From assembly GCF_000219175.1 (NCBI RefSeq), contig NC_015735.1:390001-422000 (forward strand): a stretch of 32,000 bases of DNA, in the 5' to 3' direction. Numbering within the stretch: the stretch's first letter is position 1; every line of letters starts with the position of its first letter. The notes below the pieces were generated by a model that had not been told where the DNA came from, did not search any database, and saw only the letters and a list, made by a program, of their open reading frames with translations. The stretch comes from Candidatus Moranella endobia PCIT (GTDB taxonomy: Bacteria > Pseudomonadota > Gammaproteobacteria > Enterobacterales > Enterobacteriaceae). A program made the translations under genes and the position numbers. Below, piece by piece: positions 1 through 10,544 of this stretch.

Positions 1-102
1 TAACTTAAGGTATTAATCACATTGACCATTAGTTAGTGGCTGTATTCAGGTATGATTTCCCCTGTCTACAACACGGAATAATAATAATGAGGAACAGATG
101 AT

Positions 103-909
103 ATGGCTGATATTACCGCTGCCCTGGTTAAAGCACTGCGTGAACGTACCGGCGCCGGTATGATGGAATGCAAGACAGCCCTCGTTGAAGCGCAGGGCGA
201 TATCGAGCTAGCTATCAACAAAATGTATAATTCAGGCAAGGTAAAAGCTGCCAATAAAGCGGGAAGAATTGCTGCCGAAGGCCTAATACTGACCAACATT
301 GCGCCGCACGGCAAATACGGTGTCATCATTGAGCTAAACTGTGAAACTGATTTCGTTGCTAAAGACAAATTATTTAGTAACTTTGGTGCTGCGGTCATCA
401 CTGCGGCGCTGAATGAACGTATTGATGCTCTTGATTTGCTGAAGGATAAATTTGAAGACCAGCGCATCGCGCTGGTGTCAAAAATGGGTGAAAATATTAA
501 TATCCGTCGCTTGGGCATTATGGAAGGAAACAGACTTGGTTCTTACTTGCACTATGCGCGCATTGGTGTCATAGTTGCAGCTACTGGCGCGAATGACGAA
601 TTGATAAAGCACATTGCCATGCATATTGCCGCTAGCAAACCGGAATATATCAACACGGACGATATACCGGCTGATGTAGTAGCCCGTGAGCATCAAAGCA
701 AGCTAGAAACAGCTATTCATGCCGGCAAAACGCGTGAAATAGCCGAGAAAATAGCTGCAGGTATGATACGTAAGTTCACTGGGGAGATTTCCCTGACTGA
801 CCAGCACTTTGTTATGGATCCTAGCAAAACCGTCGGCCAGCTGTTAGAAGAACAAGGTGCTACAGTAAAAAGCTTTATACGTTTTGAGTTGGGTGAAGGC
901 ATTCATTGA
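103..909 (+). CDS. tsf: Elongation factor Ts, with frameshifted 3' end
   Basis: 268-aa [41 protein letters not shown]...[10 protein letters not shown]-like...[30 protein letters not shown]...FELGEGI matches EF-Ts. SD-like gagg lies upstream. The expected C-terminal residues continue in another frame after about 903. Confidence 0.95.
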   Translation: MADITAALVKALRERTGAGMMECKTALVEAQGDIELAINKMYNSGKVKAANKAGRIAAEGLILTNIAPHGKYGVIIELNCETDFVAKDKLFSNFGAAVITAALNERIDALDLLKDKFEDQRIALVSKMGENINIRRLGIMEGNRLGSYLHYARIGVIVAATGANDELIKHIAMHIAASKPEYINTDDIPADVVAREHQSKLETAIHAGKTREIAEKIAAGMIRKFTGEISLTDQHFVMDPSKTVGQLLEEQGATVKSFIRFELGEGIH

Positions 910-987
910 AACAGCAAAAGTTGATTTCGCAGCCGAAGTTTCTGCCATGGGTCAGCAGCTTTATAAATGCAATAGTAGATCGATCAC

Positions 988-1109
988 ATGGCAACCAACA
1001 AAAAACCCCTTAATCAGCGCATCCTGCTTACTACATCGTGCTCCTGGCCCAGTGCGTGAACGAACTGGAACTGGTGATCCTGGTTGGTGTGGTTATCGGT
1101 GGCGGCAAC
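988..1109 (+). pseudogene. pyrH: Remnant of UMP kinase gene (pyrH), N-terminal fragments only
   Basis: ATG at 988 reads MATNKKPLNQRILL (compare E. coli PyrH MATNAKPVYKRILL). From 1044 another frame reads [22 protein letters not shown] (compare [23 protein letters not shown]). It sits in the syntenic slot between tsf and frr; the rest of the gene is absent. Confidence 0.85.
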
Positions 1110-1189
1110 AGTAATAATATATGATGATATGATTGAGCCTAGCAAACACGGTCCACCCGGATCACTCAGTCTAAAGGATTCGTAATTTG

Positions 1190-1744
1190 ATGCACGCAAT
1201 ATGCAAAGATACTGATATACGCATGGAAAAATGTGTCGAAGCGTTCAAAAACCACATCAGTAAAGTACGCACAGGACGTGCTTCTCCGAGCCTGCTTGAC
1301 GGTCTTCAGATAGAATATTATGGTACTCTCACACCACTGCGCCAGTTGGCCAATGTTATTGCCGAAGATTCCCGTACTTTGGCTATCAATGTTTTTGACC
1401 GCATTTTGATCCCAGCGGTAGAAAAAGCTATTCTGTCCTCAGATCTAGGGCTAAACCCCTCGGTTGTCGGTACGATCATTCGTGTACCGCTGCCCCCGCT
1501 TACCGAAGATCGCCGCCGTGATATGATAAAAGCCGTGCGCGCTGAGGCAGAACAAGGCAGGGTGTCCGTGCGCAATATTCGTCGTGATGCCAACGACAAA
1601 GTGAAGACGCTGTTAAAAAATAAAACCATCAGTGAAGATGAAGAACGCCGTTCGCAAGAAGATATTCAAACAATTACCGATGCATGGATCAAAAAACTAG
1701 ATAGCGCCCTCGAGAAAAAAGAACATGAATTAATGGACATTTAA
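1190..1744 (+). CDS. frr: Ribosome recycling factor
   Basis: About 184 aa with [74 protein letters not shown]; full length for RRF. Confidence 0.97.
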   Translation: MHAICKDTDIRMEKCVEAFKNHISKVRTGRASPSLLDGLQIEYYGTLTPLRQLANVIAEDSRTLAINVFDRILIPAVEKAILSSDLGLNPSVVGTIIRVPLPPLTEDRRRDMIKAVRAEAEQGRVSVRNIRRDANDKVKTLLKNKTISEDEERRSQEDIQTITDAWIKKLDSALEKKEHELMDI

Positions 1745-1884
1745 TGATTAATGATGCGCTGCCGGACAGCACATAGTATAGCAAGATGCGTGCATGTGAC
1801 TTAATCTAGATATAGCTGCAGCCATTGCCGTGCCGACCAATGCAGACAACGTTTGAGCGCTGGTAGTCAGTAAATATTGCCCAT

Positions 1885-2060
1885 ATCATATATTGCTGCC
1901 TGCCCATGCGACCAGGTCGCAGTTACTTCTACTTCAGGCCCACCTGGAAAAATTGATTCGTTAACTTTAGGCGCGCGGTATCCTCAATCGACAATCACTA
2001 CCGATTTTGACTTTAACCATTTACAAACTACTAAACTAAACCTGCCTGATTCAATAAAAT
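1885..2060 (+). pseudogene. dxr: Probable eroded fragment of 1-deoxy-D-xylulose 5-phosphate reductoisomerase (dxr)
   Basis: PISYIAACPCDQVAVTSTSGPPGKIDSLTLGARYP resembles Dxr [38 protein letters not shown], in the dxr slot between frr and uppS. Similarity is weak and recognised by eye only. Confidence 0.5.
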
Positions 2061-2460
2061 TAGAACATAGTAGTACATGATCATGCCATGGTTGATTCTG
2101 CTTAGGTTACGCCGCTGCTTCCTCGGCAACCGGAAGCGGCCAATTATATTTATGCCTCCAACTAGCAGCGATAGCTAGCGCGGACAAAACCGACAATGTT
2201 ATGCGTTTGATAGTGATTCCCATGCAAGATAAACCGCACGTAACTTCCAGTCTAGGCGCTGGGAATGGCTCGCCAAAGTTGTTGCTTGTAAATTATATTC
2301 GTCGCAACGGCTGATTTGTTCGATAACTCGCAACATGATATAGTCGGCGCCAATTCTCCTGTCTGTAATGAAGTAAGTACAGCTTAATACAATTGAAATG
2401 AGTTACTTGCCGTGGTAACACTTTGGTATTCCTATCATCGTTATGAACTAAGTAGGCGTG

Positions 2461-3213
2461 ATGTCGTCAAAAAATCAGCAACAACTAATAGAGTTACCTC
2501 ACTCCTCACCACGCCATGTGGCTATTATTATGGATGGCAACGGTCGATGGGCTACAAACCGTGGGCAATTACGTATATTTGGACACCAAGCAGGCTTCAA
2601 GTCGGTTCGCCGCGCGGTTAGCTTTGCCGCTAACCATCATTTTGAAGCATTGACGCTGTATGCTTTCAGCAGCGAAAACTGGAAGCGCCCCAGCAAAGAA
2701 GTTTCTGCGCTGCTGGAGCTTTTTATGCTGGCGTTAGATAGCGAAGTAAAAAGCCTCCACAGACATAATGTCCGTCTGCGTATTATCGGCGATACTTCGT
2801 GCTTCGGTCTGCGCTTGCAGGAAGGCATTCGTCGCTCAGAGACACTAACCTGTAATAACGACGGTTTAACTCTAAATATTGCTGCGAATTATGGTGGACG
2901 TTGGGATATCATCCAGGGAGTCAGGCAACTAGCTACCAGAGTGCAAGAGGGGAGATTGCGTCCCGATCAGATCGAGGAAGACACCCTATGCCAGGTGGTG
3001 TGTGTGAACGAGCTGGCACCAGTAGATCTGGTTATTCGCACTGGCGGAGAACATCGTATTAGTAATTTCTTGCTATGGCAAATTGCCTATGCAGAATTAT
3101 TTTTTACTGATGTATTATGGCCAGATTTTGACGATTCTGTTTTTGAAATGGCGCTGACTTCTTTTGCCCAACGCGAACGGCGCTTCGGTGGAACAGCACC
3201 GAATTACAGCTAA
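2461..3213 (+). CDS. uppS: Undecaprenyl pyrophosphate synthase (isoprenyl transferase)
   Basis: HVAIIMDGNGRWATNRGQ...GHQAGFKSVRRAVSFA...LTLYAFSSENWKRP...IGDTSCF...LNIAANYGGRWDI...DLVIRTGGEHRISNFLLWQIAYAELFFTDVLWPDF; full length. Confidence 0.97.
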   Translation: MSSKNQQQLIELPHSSPRHVAIIMDGNGRWATNRGQLRIFGHQAGFKSVRRAVSFAANHHFEALTLYAFSSENWKRPSKEVSALLELFMLALDSEVKSLHRHNVRLRIIGDTSCFGLRLQEGIRRSETLTCNNDGLTLNIAANYGGRWDIIQGVRQLATRVQEGRLRPDQIEEDTLCQVVCVNELAPVDLVIRTGGEHRISNFLLWQIAYAELFFTDVLWPDFDDSVFEMALTSFAQRERRFGGTAPNYS

Positions 3214-3513
3214 TTTAGTTCTGGATAACGGCTGCCATAAGCAGCATAGGCAATCGTGTAGTCTGTAGTCCCACTCGATGTAGTTTAATGAGTATCATTA
3301 ATGGTATGTTTATCAGGTCGCTTTTAGTTGGGTGGATGGTGGATGTAAGTGCTGATAATCAGCATAGCTTGGCCGGAGTAACAAGATGGACCATTAATTT
3401 GATCACAACATGCAAACTGATTTTTACCAAATTTAGCTACCTTGCTGAACCATGAGCAATGGTAATGTTGGATGTAAGATTTCGCTTGCTTACTGTCTTA
3501 AAATAGATAAAAA

Positions 3514-5934
3514 ATGAAAAAGTTGCTCATCGCAACGCTATTGCTTAGCAGTGCTGCTGTATCTAGGGCAGATGAGTTCTTAGTGAAGGATATTAATTTC
3601 GACGGACTACAACGGGTAACCATCGGTACGGCGTTACTAAGTATGCTAATTCGTGTCGGCGACACTGTTACTAATGCAGATATTGGCAATACTATACGTG
3701 CTCTCTTCGCTACTGGAAACTTTGATGATGTCCAGGTACGGCGTGACGTAGATTCACTAGTCGTGCTGGTTAAGGAGCGTCAGACTATCGCAAGCATTAC
3801 CTTTTCCGGTAACAAGTTAGTGACGGATAATATGCTCAAGCAAAACTTGTCTGCCCAAGGCGTCCGGGTAGGAGAATTACTTGATCGTACCATGATTGCC
3901 AATATTGAAAAAGGACTAGAAGAGTTTTATTACAGTAACGGCAAATACAGCGCTACTGTCAAGTTAGTAGTAGCTACTCTGCCACGCAATCGTATTAATC
4001 TGCAACTAGTTGTTAACGAAGGTATCTCGGCCAAGATTAAGCAAATCAATATTGTCGGTAATTCTGTATTCACCACCGATGAGCTGATTTCTAGCTTCCA
4101 GCTACGTGATGGAGTGCCGTGGTTGCAGGTAGTGGGAACTCGTAGATACCAAAAACAAAAGTTGTCAGTGGACCTAGAAACACTGCGCCACTTATATCTT
4201 GATCACGGTTATGCCCGTTTCAAGATTGAATCTACGCAGGTCAGTTTGACGCCAGATAAAACTAGCCTATACATTACAATAAACATTAACGAAGGCGCGC
4301 AATATCAGCTGTCTAATGCGGTTGTCAATGGCAATATAACCTACTCTAACGAAATAGAGCAGTTATACAAGTTTAAGGTAGGTGAACTGTACAACGACAC
4401 TAAGATCACCAATACTGAGAAGGATATTAAGCAATTGCTTAGTTGTTACGGTTATGTCCATCCCATTGTGGCAATACTACCGGAAATAAATGAATCGGAT
4501 AAAAAGATTAAGCTACACATCAGCGTTGACATAGGTAACCGGTTCTATGTCCGCTACGTGCGCTTTGAAGGCAACGCTCTTACTAAGGATTCCGTGCTAC
4601 GCCGTGAAATAAACCAGATAGAACATGCTTGGCTTAGCAGCAATTTAGTCAATCAGGGTAAAGAACGTCTCTATCGTTTAGGCTACTTTAAAAACGTGGA
4701 TATCGAAATGCAGTACGTGCCAGGTTCACAGTACCTTGTAGACGTGGTCTACAAGGTTCAAGAAAATAATACCGGCAGCATCAATTTCGGCATTGGACTC
4801 GGGACCGAGAGCGGCGTTAGCTGCCAGTTTGGCATCCAACAGGATAACTGGTTGGGAACAGGTAACTCATTTTTCTTGCGTGGCACTAAGAACGACTCTC
4901 AGACCTACGTTGAGCTGTCGATGACTAATCCATACAGCGGGCGTGATGGCGTCGTCAGTATAGGCGGCAAGAGCTTCTACAATCATTTTCACGCTGATGA
5001 CGCATATCTGGCGGACTATGACCTGCGCAGCTATGGCGTTGGCACCACGCTGGGTGTACCAATTAGCGTAAACCATTCGCTTTATTTTGGGCTGGACTAC
5101 GTCCATGAAGATCTTACTAAGATGGAGCCACAAGTAACAATGTGGCGTTATCTAAACAGCATTGGCATCACTCCTAGAGTGATAGCTACGAACCAGGCGG
5201 ACAGTGATGCCGATTTTAGCGTAGATGATTTTTTCTTCTCTATCAATTTGAGCTACAACAATCTTGACCGTTGCTATTTTCCTACCAACGGTTATCGTAC
5301 CAACCTGACCGGTAAGGTAACATTACCCGGTTCTGATAACAAATATTACAAAATTACTTTTGACGCTAGTCAATATCTTCCTATCATAGCCAGTGGTAAC
5401 TTGGTACTTCTGGGCCGCGCCCGTGCTGGTTACGCCGCTGCTCTGAACGGCAAGGCTGTACCATTCTACGAAAACTTCTATGCCGGCGGTGCCAATACTG
5501 TGCGCGGTTTTCGTTCTAATACCATTAGTCCGAAAGCGGCGTATTATAAGGGCCATCGCGGCAATAACCTTTATAGTAACTGTCCAGTGGATAACTCGCG
5601 CGACGCCGTTGGTGGCAATGCGCTGGCCATAGCCAGCGCTGAGCTAATCGTACCTACGCCATTATTGAGCAATAAATATACCAACTCAGTGCGTACCTCG
5701 CTGTTTATTGATAGCGGTACCGTGTGGGATACCGACTGGCAAAATACCAGCACGACTAGCGTAGCTAATATTCCAGACTACAGTGATCCCTGTAAGATAC
5801 GTATTTCCAGCGGTATCGCCCTGCAGTGGATTTCGCCGCTGGGGCCGCTGGTGTTTTCCTATGCGCAGTTAGTAAAAAAATACGAAGGAGATAAGTCAGA
5901 GCAGTTCCAGTTTAATATCGGCAAAACGTGGTAA
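3514..5934 (+). CDS. bamA: Outer membrane protein assembly factor BamA
   Basis: 806 aa with signal peptide [24 protein letters not shown] repeats ([30 protein letters not shown]) and barrel motifs including [60 protein letters not shown]. Confidence 0.98.
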   Translation: MKKLLIATLLLSSAAVSRADEFLVKDINFDGLQRVTIGTALLSMLIRVGDTVTNADIGNTIRALFATGNFDDVQVRRDVDSLVVLVKERQTIASITFSGNKLVTDNMLKQNLSAQGVRVGELLDRTMIANIEKGLEEFYYSNGKYSATVKLVVATLPRNRINLQLVVNEGISAKIKQINIVGNSVFTTDELISSFQLRDGVPWLQVVGTRRYQKQKLSVDLETLRHLYLDHGYARFKIESTQVSLTPDKTSLYITININEGAQYQLSNAVVNGNITYSNEIEQLYKFKVGELYNDTKITNTEKDIKQLLSCYGYVHPIVAILPEINESDKKIKLHISVDIGNRFYVRYVRFEGNALTKDSVLRREINQIEHAWLSSNLVNQGKERLYRLGYFKNVDIEMQYVPGSQYLVDVVYKVQENNTGSINFGIGLGTESGVSCQFGIQQDNWLGTGNSFFLRGTKNDSQTYVELSMTNPYSGRDGVVSIGGKSFYNHFHADDAYLADYDLRSYGVGTTLGVPISVNHSLYFGLDYVHEDLTKMEPQVTMWRYLNSIGITPRVIATNQADSDADFSVDDFFFSINLSYNNLDRCYFPTNGYRTNLTGKVTLPGSDNKYYKITFDASQYLPIIASGNLVLLGRARAGYAAALNGKAVPFYENFYAGGANTVRGFRSNTISPKAAYYKGHRGNNLYSNCPVDNSRDAVGGNALAIASAELIVPTPLLSNKYTNSVRTSLFIDSGTVWDTDWQNTSTTSVANIPDYSDPCKIRISSGIALQWISPLGPLVFSYAQLVKKYEGDKSEQFQFNIGKTW

Positions 5935-6087
5935 TATCACATGATGTGATATGATAGCTAGAAGCAGGGTGACAGCGTTATTGACTTATGGTTCTATCTA
6001 TTGCGTAAAACAGATTTTTTCACTGTCCTCTGCTCTGGCATTATAATAAACAGCAACAAACAATGAGTGGCTAAAGAGGATTTTATA

Positions 6088-6588
6088 GTGAAAAAGTGGT
6101 TGTTATCTGCCGCGGTCCTGGATTTATTACTTGCCACTTTTGCCTTTGCGCAAGCTAACGATAAAATTGCTGTAGTTAACGTATCCAGCATTTTTCAGCA
6201 GTCTCCGCATCGTGCAATAGTTGCTAACAAGCTTGAAAATGAATTCAAGGGCCGTGCTAACGAACTTCGGTCTATGGAACGCGATCTGCAGACAAAGATG
6301 CAACGTTTGCAGCGTGAAGTTGCTACCATGAAAGCCAGCGAGCGAAGCTCACTGGAGCAATTGGTTATGGCGCAGCGCGAAACTTTCGCTAACAAAGCGC
6401 AAGAGTTTGAGCAGGATAACCGTCGTCGCCAGACGGAAGAACGCAACAAAATTCTTAGTTATATCCAGAATGCGGTGAAAATTGTTGCCACCAATAAAGG
6501 CTATGATGTAGTGATAGATGCTGACGCTGTCGCGTATGCCAGCAACGCTAAAGATATCACTGCTGACGTTCTCAAACAGGTGAAGTGA
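6088..6588 (+). CDS. skp: Periplasmic chaperone Skp/HlpA, GTG start
   Basis: [10 protein letters not shown] signal peptide, [66 protein letters not shown] at 6088 is preceded by gagga; the tracked ORF start at 6067 is an upstream extension. Confidence 0.93.
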   Translation: MKKWLLSAAVLDLLLATFAFAQANDKIAVVNVSSIFQQSPHRAIVANKLENEFKGRANELRSMERDLQTKMQRLQREVATMKASERSSLEQLVMAQRETFANKAQEFEQDNRRRQTEERNKILSYIQNAVKIVATNKGYDVVIDADAVAYASNAKDITADVLKQVK

Positions 6589-7643
6589 TGTATGCAATTC
6601 GACTGGCTGATTTAGCACATCAGTTGGAGGCACAATTGCATGGTGATGGCGAAATTATCATTACCAGCATTGCTTCTATAGGTAGCGCGCAAGCTGGCCA
6701 GATTACGTTTCTCTCAGAGAAACGCTTTCGTGAAAAACTATCTTTCTGTCAGGCGTCTGCGGTGGTACTCACCGCAGAAAGTCTGCCTTTATGCAACTGC
6801 GCCTCACTAGTTGTTAGTAACCCTTACCTAACTTATGCTCGCATGGCTCAGCTTATGGACACCACACCTAAACCAGCCGAGGAGGATATTGGTGTTGGCG
6901 CGGTAGTTGCGTCAGACGCAATCCTTGGACAGAGGGTAGCAGTGGGCGCCAATGCAGTTGTAGAATCCGGCGTATTGCTGGGTAATGATGTTATAATCGG
7001 TCCTGGCTGTGTTATAGGTAAGAATACCCGTGTTGGCGCCAGCACGCGCTTATGGGCTAACGTTACCGTATATCACGACACTATCATCGGCAAGCGTTGC
7101 CTGATCCAAGCAGGCACTGTTATAGGCGCCGATGGTTTTGGTTATGCCAACGATTGCGGTAACTGGATCAAAATACCGCAGATGGGCCGCGTCATTATAG
7201 GCGATCGGGTTGAAATCGGCGCCTGCACTACTATCGATCGCGGCGCACTGGACGATACCATAATCGGCAACGGCGTGATTATTGATAATAAGTGTCATAT
7301 TGCACATAACGTTATTATTGGTGACAATACAGCTGTCGCTGGCGGTGTTATCATGGCAGGTAGTCTGACTATCGGAAGCGGCTGCATGATCGGCGGCGCT
7401 AGCGTCATTAATGGTAACATTACCATTTGCGATCAAGCCACAGTGACAGGCATGAGTATGGTTATGCGTCCGATAACTAAACCAGGCGTATATTCATCTG
7501 GAATCCCGTTGCAACCAAATAAAGATTGGCGCAAAACTGCAACGTTAGTGATGAATATCAGTGCTATTAGCAAGCGTATGAAAGCCATCGAGCGAAAATT
7601 AGCAACAATAATTGCTGCTCCTACTACCACTAGTAGAGGATAA
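6588..7643 (+). CDS. lpxD: UDP-3-O-(3-hydroxymyristoyl)glucosamine N-acyltransferase
   Basis: [18 protein letters not shown], hexapeptide repeats, [82 protein letters not shown]. Starts at an ATG overlapping the skp stop. Confidence 0.96.
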   Translation: MYAIRLADLAHQLEAQLHGDGEIIITSIASIGSAQAGQITFLSEKRFREKLSFCQASAVVLTAESLPLCNCASLVVSNPYLTYARMAQLMDTTPKPAEEDIGVGAVVASDAILGQRVAVGANAVVESGVLLGNDVIIGPGCVIGKNTRVGASTRLWANVTVYHDTIIGKRCLIQAGTVIGADGFGYANDCGNWIKIPQMGRVIIGDRVEIGACTTIDRGALDDTIIGNGVIIDNKCHIAHNVIIGDNTAVAGGVIMAGSLTIGSGCMIGGASVINGNITICDQATVTGMSMVMRPITKPGVYSSGIPLQPNKDWRKTATLVMNISAISKRMKAIERKLATIIAAPTTTSRG

Positions 7644-7649
7644 GGCAGG

Positions 7650-7667
7650 CCGGGCAACGTTGCCCGG
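7650..7667. repeat. Perfect 18-nt GC-rich palindrome CCGGGCAACGTTGCCCGG
   Basis: Direct reading just downstream of the lpxD stop; no downstream T tract. Confidence 0.8.
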
Positions 7668-7769
7668 TGGTGCTGCGGTGAGCCACAATGACTATAGGCT
7701 TATTTTGTCCTGACGGAAGAACGTATGGTTAATTATAGGTCTTTTCAAGGCAGGAAGAGTATTTTCACT

Positions 7770-8204
7770 ATTGACACTCATAATATTGAATAGATATTAG
7801 AACTGTTACCCCATCGCTTTCCGTTTCTATTGGTTGACAGCGTGCTGGATTTCAAGCACGAAAAAATTTCTTAGGGCGGTAAAAAATGTTTCCTGTAATG
7901 AACCTTTTTCCCAGGGTAATTTCCCAGGAAAAACCATTTTCCCCGGCGTACTGATATTGGAAGCTATGGCGCAGGCGACCGGCATGCTATCAGCGCTGGT
8001 AAGCTTGAGCCGGGTGAACTGTATTATTTTGCTGCCATTGATGAAGCCCGTTTTAAGCGTCCGGTTCAGCCAGGCGATCAGATGATACTAGAAGTTGAAT
8101 TTATTAAAGAACGGCGCGGCATCGCTCGCTTCAAAGGTATTGCCACAGTTGATGGCGAAGTTGCTTGCGATGTTCGCCCGTCGCCGGGAGGCCTGCATCA
8201 ATGA
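7770..8204 (+). pseudogene. fabZ: 3-hydroxyacyl-ACP dehydratase FabZ, disrupted by nonsense and frameshift lesions
   Basis: Segments in three frames: (IE*)[24 protein letters not shown] / [42 protein letters not shown] / [59 protein letters not shown]. Syntenic between lpxD and lpxA. Confidence 0.93.
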
Positions 8205-8989
8205 TTGATCAATCTGCTTTTATACATCCTAGCGCCATCGTTGAGGATGGTGCGATTATCCACACCGGCGTGCATATTGGCCCATTCTGCATTATTGGAC
8301 CGCAGGTAAAAATTGGTGCGCGCACAGTACTTAAGTCCCACGTGGTGTTGAACGGCATTACCAACATAGGTGAAGATAACCATATTTATCAGTTCGCTTC
8401 CATTGGTGAAGTTAATCAGGATCTGAAATATGCCGGGGAGATGACGCGGGTCGAAATCGGTCATCGAAACCTTATTCGGGAAAGCGTGACCATTCATCGT
8501 GGCACAATACAAGGTGGAGAAATAACGCGAGTTGGTAGCGACAATTTATTGATGGTTAATACCCATATTGCCCACGCCTGCACTGTGGGTGATCACTGTA
8601 TCATGGCCAATAACGTCACTCTTGGTGGCAATGTAACGGTGGATGATTACGCCATTATCGGTGGTATGACCGCGGTGCATCAATTCTGTGTCATTGGCTC
8701 CCACGTCATGGTCGGCGGCTGTTCCGGTGTGGCCCAGGATATACCACCTTTTGTCATCGCCCAGGGTAATCACGCAACACCGTTCGGCCTAAATATTAAA
8801 GGGCTGGAGCGCCGTAGTTTTGCGCGCACAGAGATACGCGCAATATGCGCCGCCTATAAAATGATTTACCGCAGTGGTAAAACCTTAGAAGAAATAAAAC
8901 CGGCGCTAAAAGCGCTAGCGCAGGAGCATCAGGTAGTTAACACCTTCCTTGAATTTATATCGCGCTCACAGCGCGGTATCATCCGCTGA
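8201..8989 (+). CDS. lpxA: UDP-N-acetylglucosamine acyltransferase
   Basis: [39 protein letters not shown]...[17 protein letters not shown]...[13 protein letters not shown]...[15 protein letters not shown]...[17 protein letters not shown]. The ATG overlaps the terminal TGA of the fabZ relic. Confidence 0.97.
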   Translation: MIDQSAFIHPSAIVEDGAIIHTGVHIGPFCIIGPQVKIGARTVLKSHVVLNGITNIGEDNHIYQFASIGEVNQDLKYAGEMTRVEIGHRNLIRESVTIHRGTIQGGEITRVGSDNLLMVNTHIAHACTVGDHCIMANNVTLGGNVTVDDYAIIGGMTAVHQFCVIGSHVMVGGCSGVAQDIPPFVIAQGNHATPFGLNIKGLERRSFARTEIRAICAAYKMIYRSGKTLEEIKPALKALAQEHQVVNTFLEFISRSQRGIIR

Positions 8990-8991
8990 TC

Positions 8992-10140
8992 ATGTCGGCA
9001 TTACCCATTATAATAGGTCTAGTAGCGGGAGAAACTTCCGGCGATATTCTCGGCGCGGGGATGATACGCGCGTTGCGCGTTTATCTGCCACAGGTTCGCT
9101 TTGTAGGCGTTGCCGGTCCGCACATGCAGGCGGAAGGAATGGAAACCTGGTATGACATAGAAGAGTTGGCGGTAATGGGGATCGTAGAGGTAATTGAGCG
9201 TCTGCCGCGGCTGTGGCGCATTCGCCGTGACTTGACTCGGCGCTTCACTGCGCTACGGCCAGAAGTATTTATTGGTATTGACGCGCCTGATTTTACGATT
9301 GCGTTGGAAGGCTGTTTAAAACGGCGTGGCATCCGTACTATACATTACGTCAGCCCTTCGGTCTGGGCTTGGCGGCAAAAACGCGTATTCAAAATCGGCC
9401 GTGCCACCGATAATGTACTGGCCTGTCTGCCTTTTGAGAAGGAGTTTTACGACCGCTACAACATTCCCTGCCAATTCATCGGCCATACGTTGGCTGACGC
9501 CATGCCTCTTGAGCCGGATAAAGCCGCAGCGCGCCGGGAATTGGATATCCCGGCATCCGCGCGTTGTCTAGCAATTCTTCCAGGCAGTCGCAAAAGCGAG
9601 GTAGCGATGCTTAGTGCAGATTTTCTGCGCGCTGCCGAACTAGTGAGCCAGCATTTACCAGGGTTGGAGATTGTCGTTCCGTTGGTTAATCCGGCTAGGC
9701 GTGTGCAATTTGAGCGCATCAAAGATGCAGTGGCGCCGAATTTGTCGGTAAGGCTGTTTGACAATAGGTCACGTCAGACCATGATTGCCGCGGATGCCGC
9801 TCTGCTAACATCAGGCACTGCTTCGCTTGAGTGTATGTTGGCACAGTGCCCCATGGTGGTCGGATATCGCATGAAATCGCTGACTTTCGCGCTCGCGCGC
9901 CGGCTGGTAACAACCAAATGGGTATCGCTGCCGAATTTACTAGCTGGACGTGAATTGGTCAGAGAATTTTTGCAGAAGGCGTGCCGACCGGAGACGCTGG
10001 CTGCTTCTCTGGTAGAAATTCTTGACAATGATGCTCAGCGAGCAGCACTCATAGTTACTTTTCGTCACCTGCACCAGCAGATTCGCTGCAACGCCGATGA
10101 ACAGGTGGCGCGTGCGGTGCTGGCGTTGCTTAACCGTTAG
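8992..10140 (+). CDS. lpxB: Lipid-A-disaccharide synthase
   Basis: 382 aa with [96 protein letters not shown]. Confidence 0.97.
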   Translation: MSALPIIIGLVAGETSGDILGAGMIRALRVYLPQVRFVGVAGPHMQAEGMETWYDIEELAVMGIVEVIERLPRLWRIRRDLTRRFTALRPEVFIGIDAPDFTIALEGCLKRRGIRTIHYVSPSVWAWRQKRVFKIGRATDNVLACLPFEKEFYDRYNIPCQFIGHTLADAMPLEPDKAAARRELDIPASARCLAILPGSRKSEVAMLSADFLRAAELVSQHLPGLEIVVPLVNPARRVQFERIKDAVAPNLSVRLFDNRSRQTMIAADAALLTSGTASLECMLAQCPMVVGYRMKSLTFALARRLVTTKWVSLPNLLAGRELVREFLQKACRPETLAASLVEILDNDAQRAALIVTFRHLHQQIRCNADEQVARAVLALLNR

Positions 10141-10544
10141 TTAATTATTTTCAAACATTGCCCACCAAGTGCAGTCATACATTAGGTTGAGATAGTTGAT
10201 AGAATAGAATAGATACGCCTGTAGCACTTCAACAGCTTATTGAAAATCAATCTGCAGATATCATCATGTGCGCGTTTGCTTAGGCTTTCTCGATAGACCA
10301 GATAAAAGCGCTGGATTTTGTTTTGGTTGCGGAAAATCCGCGTCTTATCATTATCATTGATCTGCAAAGTGAACCATGACCGCAAGATGGCCGCTAGATG
10401 CGCGTTCAGTTTACCTAATAATATGTAGACTAACTTTGTTTCGTTGCTTCGCTTTGGTGGCTTAAGTTAGTCTTTCATAGTATGACCATGTTATGTTAGT
10501 GCTGTATGATCGCAGCTTAAACACTCCACATCCGGTACCATTTT

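Noticed and set aside
66-518. 150-aa minus-strand ORF overlapping tsf
   Set aside because: Antisense shadow of the conserved tsf coding sequence with no recognisable domain.
2412-2621. 69-aa plus-strand ORF overlapping the start of uppS
   Set aside because: Alternate frame over conserved uppS codons; no supporting motif.
7050-7436. 128-aa minus-strand ORF overlapping lpxD
   Set aside because: Its repetitive composition mirrors the lpxD hexapeptide repeats read antisense.
10141-10544. Possible rnhB fossil between lpxB and dnaE
   Set aside because: Synteny predicts rnhB here, but I found only a weak CGTTGCTTCGCTTTGG resemblance to the RRSFG region, not enough to call it.
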